A DNA stretch of 64,000 nucleotides from Macrostomum lignano (Eukaryota). Of the stretch, positions 47,690 through 59,400 are shown one piece after another. The position numbers were made by a program, and so were the translations under genes. The stretch spans positions 150,259 through 214,258 of the forward strand of contig NIVC01002001.1 in NCBI GenBank assembly GCA_002269645.1. The letters are read 5' to 3'. Positions within the stretch are counted from its first letter, which is position 1, and each line of letters opens with the position of its first letter. The notes beneath the pieces are model-generated. The model saw nothing but the letters and a program-made list of their open reading frames with translations, had not been told where the DNA came from and made no database searches.

Positions 47690-48530
47690 CTCAGTTGCTG
47701 GGCCACCAGCCTCTAGATTCTCAATTGCTGGGCCAACCAGCCTCCCAGATCCTCAGTTGCTGGGCGAGCTTCCCAGATCTTCAGTTGCTGGGCCAGCTTC
47801 CCAGATCTTCAGTTGCTGGGCCAGCTTCCCAGATCTTCAGTTGCTGGGCCAGCCTCCCAAATCCTCAGTTGCTGGGCCAGCCTCCCAGGATCCTCAGTTG
47901 CTGGGCCAGTCTCCCAGTGTCAGTTGCTGGGCCAGCCTCCCAAATCCTCAGTTGCTGGGCCACCAGCCTCCCAGGATCCTCAGTTGCTGGGCCACCAGCC
48001 TCCCAGGATCCTCCGTTGCTGGGCCAGCCTCCCAGATCTTCAATTGCTGGGCCAGCCTCCCAGATCCTCAGTTGCTGGGCTACCAGCCTCCCAGATCCTC
48101 AGTTACTGGGCCAGCCTCCTAGATCCTCAGTTGCTGGGCCAGTCTCCCAGATCCTCAGTTACTGGGCCAGCCTCTCAGATCCTCAATTGCAGGGCCACCA
48201 GACTCCCAGATCCTCAATTGCAGGGCCACCAGCCTCCCAGATCCTCAGTTACTGGGCCAGTCTCCCAGATCCTCAATTGCAGGGCCACCAGCCTCCCAGA
48301 TCCTCAGTTGCTGAGCCAGCCTCCCAGATCCTCAATTGCAGGGCCCCCAGCCTCCCAGATCCTCAGTTGCTGCGCCAGCCTCCCAGATCCTCAATTGCAG
48401 GGCCACCAGCCTCCCAGATCCTCAGTTGCTGGGCCAGCCTCCCGGGTCCTCAATTGCAGGGCCACCAGCCTCCCAGATCCTCAGTTGCTGTACAAGTCTC
48501 ACATGCAGATCCTCAGTTGCTGTGCCACCA
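47690..48530. repeat. Degenerate 29-33-bp minisatellite (ctcagttgctgggccagcctcccagatc core)
   Basis: About 26 variable units. Confidence 0.9.
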
Positions 48531-49109
48531 CCTCTGATGCAATAGATGCGATGAAATAGTAAAGATGCACCTCATGCACTACTCGTAATATCGAATAATT
48601 TGAGCACTTGCAAAGGCGAAAGCATCCACTTTTTAGTACATTTACCTAAACAAATTTATCGACTATAGAAGTCGTCACATTATTGTGTATAAATACTTGT
48701 AAAGCTCTGCAAATAGAGGCATGTAGTCCTAACTTTTTAGCGTTGGTTTCCAGACATTTACATGTTTAACTACAGGTTTACATTGCAGCTACGATCGTGT
48801 TACAGTAGATTTGCGCAGAACAGCGTGTTGTGTATACAGTACTGTAGCTGCTATCCAGGGACATCAGACCGATCTTTTTACTGGCCCTGCTACGCAAATG
48901 ATGCGGTGCGTTTCAATTGTAGCTGCCGTTATGGTTCCCACAATCAGAATTAAATGGGAAATGCCTTCATAGTACAGAAAGAATGCGCTTTCTCTGTCAC
49001 AGGACATTTAATACCAGCTAGAGCGCTTCTTTGAGATAAAATTTGTCGCCTAATTCGCCTAATTTATTTTCTAATTTACTGAATTTATTGTCTAATTCAA
49101 CTTACTAAG

Positions 49110-49858
49110 CAGGGCGTCGCCATGGATTTTATGTTGGGGAGACAAAACCAAGATCTCAACATGTACATGACTAAAATACTACATTTCCTTTATTTTGAGA
49201 ATCCTGTTGTCAGGGCCTGTGTATTGGCTCATTTTGGCGCCGAAGGCACTCCTTTTGGCGCCGCAGGCACTCATTTTGGCGCCGAAGGCACTCATTTTGG
49301 CGCCGCAGGCACTCATTTTGGCGCCGCAGGCACTCATTTTGGCGCCGAAGGCACTCATTTTGGCGCCGCAGGCACTCATTTTGGCGCCGCAGGCACTCAT
49401 TTTGGCGCCGAAGGCACTCATTTTGGCGCCGCAGTCACTCATTTTGGCGCCGCAGGTACTCATTTTGGCGCCGAAGGCACTCCTTTTGGCGCCGCAGTCA
49501 CTCATTTTAGCGCCGCAGTCACTCATTTTGGCGCCGAAGGCACGATCATTTTAGCGCCGCAGGCACTCATTTTGGCGCCGAAAGCACTCATTTTAGCGCC
49601 GCAGGCACTCCTTTTGGCGCCGAAGGCACGATCATTTTAGCGCCGCAGGCACTCCTTTTGGCGCCGAAGGCACGATCATTTTAGCGCCGCAGGCACTCAT
49701 TTTGGCGCCGAAGGCACTCATTTCGTGGTAATCAGAAATTTTTTATTACCACAAAGCGTCACAAGGTGTGGTGGGGGACACAAAGCTTGGCATGTCCCCT
49801 CCATAGCTTTTACTGGGGGAGCTGTCCCCCCCCCTTGCCCCCCGGTGGCGACGTGCTG
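49110..49858. mobile_element. hAT-type MITE (749 bp) carrying a 21-bp tandem array
   Basis: Perfect 8-bp TSD ttactaag (49102-49109 and 49859-49866). The 13-bp TIRs cagggcgtcgcca / tggcgacgtgctg have 2 mismatches and CAG..CTG ends. Confidence 0.88.
49225..49720. repeat. 21-bp array (ggcactcattttggcgccg[c/a]a) inside the MITE
   Basis: About 23 units. Confidence 0.93.
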
Positions 49859-50668
49859 TTACTAAGTGTCTAATTCGCCAAATTATTTTCTAATTCACCT
49901 GATTCGCTGTCTGATTTGCCTAATTTATTGTCTAATTTACTGTCTAATTCCGCCTAATCTATAGATGATTCCCCAGCACACATACTGTAAGACCCGTAGA
50001 TTGCCGCCTTATAATTTCAGCTTTTCACCAGGCTATACCTTTCATGGCCCTTAGTCAGAAGCTGGCCCCATTGAAATTTGGATCCCTGCGCTAGCTATCA
50101 TAATTTACAGTCACCTCCTTTTCTCCAATACGCGGTGCAACTGCCAACCCGTGCCTCAGTTCCTGACCCTTATCTATAACTTTGCCGATCTGCATTCGAA
50201 GTTAGGGGGGTTTTGGGTCGAGCATTGAGTGTGCAAAGTGGCCCGGGATAGGGAATCTTACCCGGTGTATAAGACCTTATCTGCAAATCGACAGCAGCGT
50301 TGTACAGTCAATATATTGCACATTCATGCTGTATTTTAGCTGCTGTGTAACCCCCTCCGCTATCTTCTTCTGCAAATGCCTGGATTTTTCACGAGCAAAA
50401 GACGGAAAGTCAGCTGCCTGCGCCAGTTTTGTGAAGCTCTTGGCTCCCTTTGCTTATCGATAAGGCTCTTCCATTATCACTTAATGCCTTTTTTGCTTCT
50501 ATTTTTGGTTCCAGTGGTTTAGTTCAGTTTTCGGAATAGGTTCCAGTGTCTTATGCGTGTGGACAAATTATAAATTATTTCTATGAAAGAATTAACTTTT
50601 GCAGTTTTTAAGGTTTTTAAGATTTGAAGAATATTTATGGGTATATAGGATACAATAATTATAGGTAC

Positions 50669-53600
50669 ACTCAGAGAGATTCTGTTAGACTCAGAGAGAT
50701 TCTGCTAGATTCAGAGAGATTCTGTTAGACTCAGAGAGATGCTGTTAGACTCAGAGATATTCTGTTAGACTCAGAGGGATTCTGTTAGACTCAGAGAGAT
50801 TCTGTTAGACTCAGAGAGATTCTGCTAGATTCAGAGAGATTCTGTTAGACTCAGAGATATTCTGTTAGACTCAGAGATGCTGTTAGACTCAGAGAGATTC
50901 TGCTAGATTCAGAGAGATTCTGTTAGACTCAGAGAGATTCTGTTAGACTCAGAGAGACTCTGTTAGACTCAGAAAGATTCTGTTAGACTCAGAGATATTC
51001 TGTTAGACTCAGAGAGATTCTGTTAGACTCAGAGAGACTCAGAGAGATGCTGTCAGACTCACAGAGATTCTGTTAGACTCAGAGAGATGCTGTTAGACTC
51101 ACAGAGATTCTGTTAGACTCAGAGAGATTCTGTTAGATTCAGAGAGATTCTGTTAGACTCACAGAGATTCTGTTAGACTCAGAGAGATTCTGTTAGACTT
51201 ACAGAGATTCTGTTAGACTCAGAGAGATGCTGTTAGACTCACAGAGATTCTGTTAGACTCAGAGAGATGCTGTTAGACTCACAGAGATTCTGTTAGACTC
51301 AGAGAGATGCTGTTAGACTCACAGAGATTCTGCTAGATTCAGAGAGATTCTGTTAGACTCACAGAGATTCTGTTAGACTCAGAGAGATGCTGTTAGACTC
51401 ACAGAGATTCTGTTAGACTCAGTGTGATTCTGTTAGACTCAGAGAGATTCTGTTAGACTCAGAGAGATTCTGTTAGACTCAGAGAGATTCTGTTAGACTC
51501 AGAGAGATTCTGTTAGACTCAGAGAGATTCTGTTAGACTCAGAGAGATTCTGTTAGACTCACAGAGATTCCGTTAGACTCACAGAGATTCTGTTAGACTC
51601 ACAGAGATTCTGTTAGACTCAGAGAGATTCTGTTAGACTCAGAGAGATTCTGTTAGACTCAGAGAGATGCTGTTAGACTCACAGAGATTCTGTTAGACTC
51701 AGTGTGATTCTGTTAGACTCAGAGAGATTCTGTTAGACTCACAGAGATTCTGTTAGACTCACAGAGATTCTGTTAGACTCACAGAGATTCTGTTAGACTC
51801 AGAGAGATTCTGTTAGACTCAGAGAGATTCTGTTAGACTCAGAGAGATTCTGTTAGACTCACAGAGATTCTGTTAGACTCACAGAGATTCTGTTAGACTC
51901 ACAGAGATTCTGTTAGACTCAGAGAGATTCTGTTAGACTCAGAGAGATTCTGTTAGACTCAGAGAGATTCTGTTAGACTCACAGAGATTCTGTTAGACTC
52001 AGAGATATTCTGTTAGACTCAGAGAGATTCTGTTAGACTCAGAGAGATTATTCAGAGAGATTCTGTTAGACTCAGAGAGTTTCTGTTAGACTCAGGGAGA
52101 TTCTGTTAGACTCAGAGAGATTCTGTTAGACTCACAGAGATTCTGTTAGACTCAGAGATATTCTGTTAGACTCGGAGAGATTCTGTTAGACTCAGAGAGA
52201 TTCTGTTAGACTCACAGAGATTCTGTTAGACTCACAGAGATTCTGTTAGACTCACAGAGATTCTGTTAGACTCAGAGAGATTCTGTTAGACTCAGAGAGA
52301 TTCTGTTAGACTCAGAGAGATTCTGTTAGACTCACAGAGATTCTGTTAGACTCAGAGAGATTCTGTTAGACTCAGAGAGATTCTGTTAGACTCAGAGAGA
52401 TTCTGTTAGACTCACAGAGATTCTGCTAGATTCAGAGAGATTCTGTTAGACTCACAGAGATTCTGCTAGACTCAGAGAGATTCTGTTAGACTCACAGAGA
52501 TTCTGTTAGACTCACAGAGATTCTGTTAGACTCAGAGAGATTCTGTTAGACTCAGAGAGATGCTGTTAGACTCACAGAGATTCTGTTAGACTCACAGAGA
52601 TTCTGTTAGACTCACAGAGATTCTGTTAGACTCACAGAGATTCTGTTAGACTCAGAGAGATTCTGTTAGACTCAGAGAGATTCTGTTAGACTCACAGAGA
52701 TTCTGTTAGACTCACAGAGATTCTGTTAGACTCAGAGAGATGCTGTTAGACTCACAGAGATTCTGTTAGACTCAGTGTGATTCTGTTAGACTCAGAGAGA
52801 TTCTGTTAGACTCACAGAGATTCTGTTAGACTCACAGAGATTCTGTTAGACTCAGAGAGATTATTCAGAGAGATTCTGTTAGACTCAGAGAGTTTCTGTT
52901 AGACTCAGGGAGATTCTGTTAGACTCAGAGAGATTCTGTTAGACTCACAGAGATTCTGTTAGACTCAGAGATATTCTGTTAGACTCGGAGAGATTCTGTT
53001 AGACTCAGAGAGATTCTGTTAGACTCACAGAGATTCTGTTAGACTCACAGAGATTCTGTTAGACTCACAGAGATTCTGTTAGACTCAGAGAGATTCTGTT
53101 AGACTCAGAGAGATTCTGTTAGACTCAGAGAGATTCTGTTAGACTCACAGAGATTCTGTTAGACTCAGAGAGATTCTGTTAGACTCAGTGTGATTCTGTT
53201 AGACTCAGAGAGATTCTGTTAGACTCAGAGAGATTCTGTTAGACTCAGAGAGATTCTGTTAGACTCAGAGAGATTCTGTTAGACTCAGAGAGATTCTGTT
53301 AGACTCAGAGAGATTCTGTTAGACTCACAGAGATTCTGTTAGACTCACAGAGATTCTGTTAGACTCAGAGAGATTCTGTTAGACTCAGAGAGATTCTGTT
53401 AGACTCAGAGAGATTCTGTTAGACTCAGAGAGATGCTGTTAGACTCACAGAGATTCTGTTAGACTCAGTGTGATTCTGTTAGACTCAGAGAGATTCTGTT
53501 AGACTCACAGAGATTCTGTTAGACTCACAGAGATTCTGTTAGACTCACAGAGATTCTGTTAGACTCAGAGAGATTCTGTTAGACTCAGAGAGATTCTGTT

Positions 53601-56036
53601 AGACTCAGAGAGATTCTGTTAGACTCACAGAGATTCTGTTAGACTCACAGAGATTCTGTTAGACTCAGAGAGATTCTGTTAGACTCAGAGAGATTCTGTT
53701 AGACTCAGAGAGATTCTGTTAGACTCAGAGAGATTCTGTTAGACTCAGAGAGATTCTGTTAGACTCAGAGAGATTCTGTTAGACTCAGAGATATTCTGTT
53801 AGACTCAGAGAGATTCTGTTAGACTCACAGAGATTCTGTTAGACTCACAGAGATTCTGTTAGACTCACAGAGATTCTGTTAGACTCAGAGAGATTCTGTT
53901 AGACTCAGAGAGATTCTGTTAGACTCAGAGAGATTCTGTTAGACTCACAGAGATTCTGTTAGACTCAGAGAGATTCTGTTAGACTCAGAGAGATTCTGTT
54001 AGACTCAGAGAGATTCTGTTAGACTCACAGAGATTCTGCTAGATTCAGAGAGATTCTGTTAGACTCACAGAGATTCTGCTAGACTCAGAGAGATTCTGTT
54101 AGACTCACAGAGATTCTGTTAGACTCACAGAGATTCTGTTAGACTCAGAGAGATTCTGTTAGACTCAGAGAGATGCTGTTAGACTCACAGAGATTCTGTT
54201 AGACTCACAGAGATTCTGTTAGACTCACAGAGATTCTGTTAGACTCACAGAGATTCTGTTAGACTCAGAGAGATTCTGTTAGACTCAGAGAGATTCTGTT
54301 AGACTCACAGAGATTCTGTTAGACTCACAGAGATTCTGTTAGACTCAGAGAGATGCTGTTAGACTCACAGAGATTCTGTTAGACTCAGTGTGATTCTGTT
54401 AGACTCAGAGAGATTCTGTTAGACTCACAGAGATTCTGTTAGACTCACAGAGATTCTGTTAGACTCAGAGAGATTATTCAGAGAGATTCTGTTAGACTCA
54501 GAGAGTTTCTGTTAGACTCAGGGAGATTCTGTTAGACTCAGAGAGATTCTGTTAGACTCACAGAGATTCTGTTAGACTCAGAGATATTCTGTTAGACTCG
54601 GAGAGATTCTGTTAGACTCAGAGAGATTCTGTTAGACTCACAGAGATTCTGTTAGACTCACAGAGATTCTGTTAGACTCACAGAGATTCTGTTAGACTCA
54701 GAGAGATTCTGTTAGACTCAGAGAGATTCTGTTAGACTCAGAGAGATTCTGTTAGACTCACAGAGATTCTGTTAGACTCAGAGAGATTCTGTTAGACTCA
54801 GTGTGATTCTGTTAGACTCAGAGAGATTCTGTTAGACTCAGAGAGATTCTGTTAGACTCAGAGAGATTCTGTTAGACTCAGAGAGATTCTGTTAGACTCA
54901 GAGAGATTCTGTTAGACTCAGAGAGATTCTGTTAGACTCACAGAGATTCTGTTAGACTCACAGAGATTCTGTTAGACTCAGAGAGATTCTGTTAGACTCA
55001 GAGAGATTCTGTTAGACTCAGAGAGATTCTGTTAGACTCAGAGAGATGCTGTTAGACTCACAGAGATTCTGTTAGACTCAGTGTGATTCTGTTAGACTCA
55101 GAGAGATTCTGTTAGACTCACAGAGATTCTGTTAGACTCACAGAGATTCTGTTAGACTCACAGAGATTCTGTTAGACTCAGAGAGATTCTGTTAGACTCA
55201 GAGAGATTCTGTTAGACTCACAGAGATTCTGTTAGACTCACAGAGATTCTGTTAGACTCAGAGAGATTCTGTTAGACTCAGAGAGATTCTGTTAGACTCA
55301 GAGAGATTCTGTTAGACTCAGAGAGATTCTGTTAGACTCAGAGAGATTCTGTTAGACTCAGAGAGATTCTGTTAGACTCACAGAGATTCTGTTAGACTCA
55401 GAGATATTCTGTTAGACTCAGAGAGATTCTGTTAGACTCACAGAGATTCTGTTAGACTCAGAGAGATTCTGTTAGACTCAGAGAGATTCTGTTAGACTCA
55501 CAGAGATTCTGTTAGACTCAGAGAGATTCTGTTAGACTCAGTGTGATTCTGTTAGACTCAGAGAGATTCTGTTAGACTCAGAGAGATTCTGTTAGACTCA
55601 GAGAGATTCTGTTAGACTCAGAGAGATTCTGTTAGACTCAGAGAGATTCTGTTAGACTCAGAGAGATTCTGTTAGACTCAGAGAGATTCTGTTAGACTCA
55701 GAGAGATTCTGTTAGACTCACAGAGATTCTGTTAGACTCAGAGATATTCTGTTAGACTCAGAGAGATTCTGTTAGACTCACAGAGATTCTGTTAGACTCA
55801 GAGAGATTCTGTTAGACTCAGAGAGATTCTGTTAGACTCACAGAGATTCTGTTAGACTCAGAGAGATTCTGTTAGACTCAGTGTGATTCTGTTAGACTCA
55901 GAGAGATTCTGTTAGACTCAGAGAGATTCTGTTAGACTCAGAGAGATTCTGTTAGACTCAGAGAGATTCTGTTAGACTCAGAGAGATTCTGTTAGACTCA
56001 CAGAGATTCTGTTAGACTCAGAGTCTGTTAGACTCA
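50669..56036. repeat. 5.4-kb satellite of a 20-bp unit (agagagattctgttagactc)
   Basis: About 268 units with recurrent variants. There are no unique spacers. Confidence 0.97.
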
Positions 56037-56471
56037 TGCTGCGTTCATGGGCCCATGGTTTGAGTTGCTCTAAGATTTCAAGTAGAAATCATAAAAGAAT
56101 TGAATGTACACATTCATTGCTTTCACCAGTCCCGTACAAACAATCGATCTAAGAGAATGCGTACAAATTCAATTCATTTTTCACCCACCACCCCAAGAAG
56201 TTCTGCTAAACCAAATTTATGGGCTTCTTTAAAAGTGAGTGAGAACAATGTTCTGAGAGGTCTGGTACCTATTATGAGTAACAATCGATGTGTGCAATGC
56301 TGTAAAGGCTGTAAAGGCTTGTACACACATTCTCGGCTTCTCATTGGCTCGTGGAGGAATGGCCGAAACCCCACATATTTCGATCGCTGCTTTCTGTGAC
56401 TTATAAAGAAACGCAGCGTGGACGCACAGGTCACGCCCAGGCCTGCAACTGATCGACAGCAACAGCAAGCG

Positions 56472-59400
56472 ATGCATCGCATTCTGCTTATCTTCGACCT
56501 GTCAGTCCCGGCCCTGCTGCTGCTTGCGGCCCTGCTTCTCGGGACCAGACCCGTGGTTCACGGATCCAATATCGAGCACGGCACCTGGGACTATGAGTCC
56601 AGGGGTCCCAGCACCTGGGCGAAGTCATTCCCGCAGTATTGCTCTGGCAGGAAGCAGAGTCCAATTAATCTCAGCTTGGCGGACTCGCTGGTAGACCCGA
56701 AACTGTCCGAGTACAGCATTAGGGAGACTGAGAATGCTCAGTTCACTGTGAGTTCCCGGCTGCGGCTGACTGATCTGTCTCTGCCTTCCTTCTCCTTCTC
56801 CCTCTCCCTCTCCTGTCTCCCTCTCCTTCTCCCTCTCCCTCTCCTGTCTCCCTCTCCTTCTCCCTCTCCCTCTCCTGTCTCCCTCTCCTTCTCCCTCTCC
56901 CTCTCCTGTCTCCCTCTCCTTCTCCCTCTCCCTCTCCCTCTCCTGTCTCCCTCTCTCTCTCCTCTCCCTCTCTCCCTCTCCCTCTCCCTTTCCTTCTCCC
57001 TCTCCCTCTCCTGTCTCTCTCCCTTTCCTTCTCCCTCTCCCTCTCCCTCTCCCTCTCCTGTCTCCCTCTCTCTCCCTCTCCCTCTCCTTTCCTTCTCCCT
57101 CTCCCTCTCCTGTCTCTCTCCCTTTTCTTCTCCCTCTCCCTCTCCTGTCTCTCTCCCTTTCCTTCTCCCTCTCCCTCTCCTGTCTCTCTCCCTTTCCTTC
57201 TCCCTCTCCCTCTCTCTCCCTCTCCCTCTCCCTCTCCTGTCTCCCTCTCTCTCCCTCTCCCTCTCCCTTTCCTTCTCCCTCTCCCTCTCCTGTCTCTCTC
57301 CCTTTCCTTCTCCCTCTCCCTCTCCATCTCCCTTTCCTTCTCCCTCTCCCTCTCCCTCTCTCTCTCTCTCTCCCTTTCCTTCTCCCTCTCCCTCTCCTGT
57401 CTCTCTCCCTTTCCTTCTCCCTCTCCCTCTCCTGTCTCTCTCCCTTTCCTTCTCCCTCTCCCTCTCCTGTCTCTCTCCCTTTCCTTCTCCCTCTCCCTCT
57501 CCATCTCCCTTTCCTTCTCCCTCTCCCTCTCCTGTCTCTCTCCCTTTCCTTCTCCCTCTACCTCTCCTGTCTCTCTCCCTTTCCTTCTCCCTCTCCCTCT
57601 CCATCTCCCTTTCCTTCTCCCTCTCCCTCTCCCTCTCTCTCTCTCCTTTCCTTCTCCCTCTCCCTCTCTGTCTCTCTCCCTTTCCTTCTCCCTCTCCCTC
57701 TCCTGTCTCTCTCCCTTTCCTTCTCCCTCTCCCTCTCCATCTCCTCTCCCTCTCCCTCTCCTGTCTCCTCTCCTTCTCCCTCCCTCTCCTGTCTCCCTCT
57801 CCTTCTCCCTCTCCCTCTCCCTCTCCTGTCTCCCTCTCTCTCTCCTCTCCCTCTCTCCCTCTCCCTCTCCCTTTCCTTCTCCCTCTCCCTCTCCTGTCTC
57901 TCTCCCTTTCCTTCTCCCTCTCCCTCTCCCTCTCCTCTCCTGTCTCCCTCTCTCTCCTTCTCCCTTTCCTTCTCCCTCTCCTCTCCCTCTCTCTCTCTCC
58001 CTTTCCTTCTCCCTCTCCCTCTCTCTCCCTCTCCCTCTCCATCTCCCTTTCCTTCTCCCTCTCCCTCTCCATCTCCCTTTCCTTCTCCCTCTCCCTCTCC
58101 CTCTCTCTCTCTCTCTCCCTTTCCTTCTCCCTCTCCCTCTCTCTCCCTCTCCTCTCCCTCTCCCTCTCCTTTCCTTCTCCGTCTCCCTCTCCTGTCCTCT
58201 TCCTTTCCTTCTCCCTCTCCCTCCCATCTCCCTTTCCTTCTCCCTCTCCCTCTCCTGTCTCTCTCCTTTCCTTCTCCCTCTCCCTCTCTCTCCTCTCCCT
58301 CTCTCCTGTCTCTCTCCCTTTCCTTCTCCTCTCCCTCTCTCTCTCCCTTTCCTTCTCCTCTCCTCTCTCTCTCCCTCTCCCTCTCCTTCTCCTGTCTCCT
58401 TTTCCCTCTCCCTCTCCCTCTCCTGTCTCCTTTTCCCTCTCCTCTCTCTCCTCTCCCTCTCCCTCTCCCTCTCCCTCTCCTGTCTCCCTCTCTCTCCCTC
58501 TCCCTCTCCCTTTCCTTCTCCCTCTCCCTCTCCTGTCTCTCTCCCTTTCCTTCTCCTCTCCCTCTCCATCTCCCTTTCCTTCTCCCTCTCCCTCTCCCTG
58601 TCTCTCTCCCTCTCCCTCTCCCTCTCCTGTCTCCCTCTCTCTCCCTCTCCCTCTCCCTTTCTTCTCCTTCTCCCTCTCCTGTCTCTCTCCCTTTCCTTCT
58701 CCCTCTCCCTCTCCATCTCCCTTTCCTTCTCCCTCTCCCTCTCCTGCCTCTCTCCCTCTCCCTCTCCCTCTCCCTCTCCCTCTCCTGTCTCCCTCTCTCT
58801 CCCTCTCCCTCTCCCTTTCCTTCTCCCTCTCCCTCTCCTGTCTCTCTCCCTTTCCTTCTCCCTCTCCCTCTCCATCTCTCTTTCCTTCTCCCTCTCCCTC
58901 TCCCTCTCCTTCTCCTGTCTCCTTTTCCCTCTCCCTCTCCTGTCTCTCTCCCTTTCCTTCTCCCTCTCCCTCTCCCTCTCCCTCTCCCTCTCCTGTCTCC
59001 CTCTCTCTCCCTCTCCTCTCCCTTTCCTTCTCCCTCTCCCTCTCCTGTCTCTCTCCCTTTCCTTCTCCCTCTCCCTCTCCATCTCCCTTTCCTTCTCCCT
59101 CTCCCTCTCCTGTCTCTCCCTTTCCTTCTCCCTCTCCCTCTCTCTCCTCTCCCTCTCCCTCTCCTCTCTGTCTCCTTCTCCCTCTCCCTCTCCCTCTCCG
59201 TTTCCTTCTCCCTCTCCCTCTCCCTCTCTCTCTCTCTCCCTTTCCTTCTCCCTCTCCCTCTCTCTCCCTCTCCCTCTCCTTCTCCCTTTCCTTCTCCCTC
59301 TCCCTCTCCCTCTCTCTCTCTCCCTTTCCTTCTCCCTTCCCTCTCTCTCCCTCTCCTCTCCATCTCCCTTTCCTTCTCCCTCTCCCTCTCCATCTCCTTT

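Noticed and set aside
47655-49640. Pro/Gln-rich and (GTHFGAA)n ORFs
   Set aside because: They are translations of a minisatellite and of the MITE-internal array. No domain features.
50669-56036. CRISPR-like array
   Set aside because: These are head-to-tail monomers with no unique spacers, there are no cas genes, and the context is eukaryotic. The same applies to all other arrays here.
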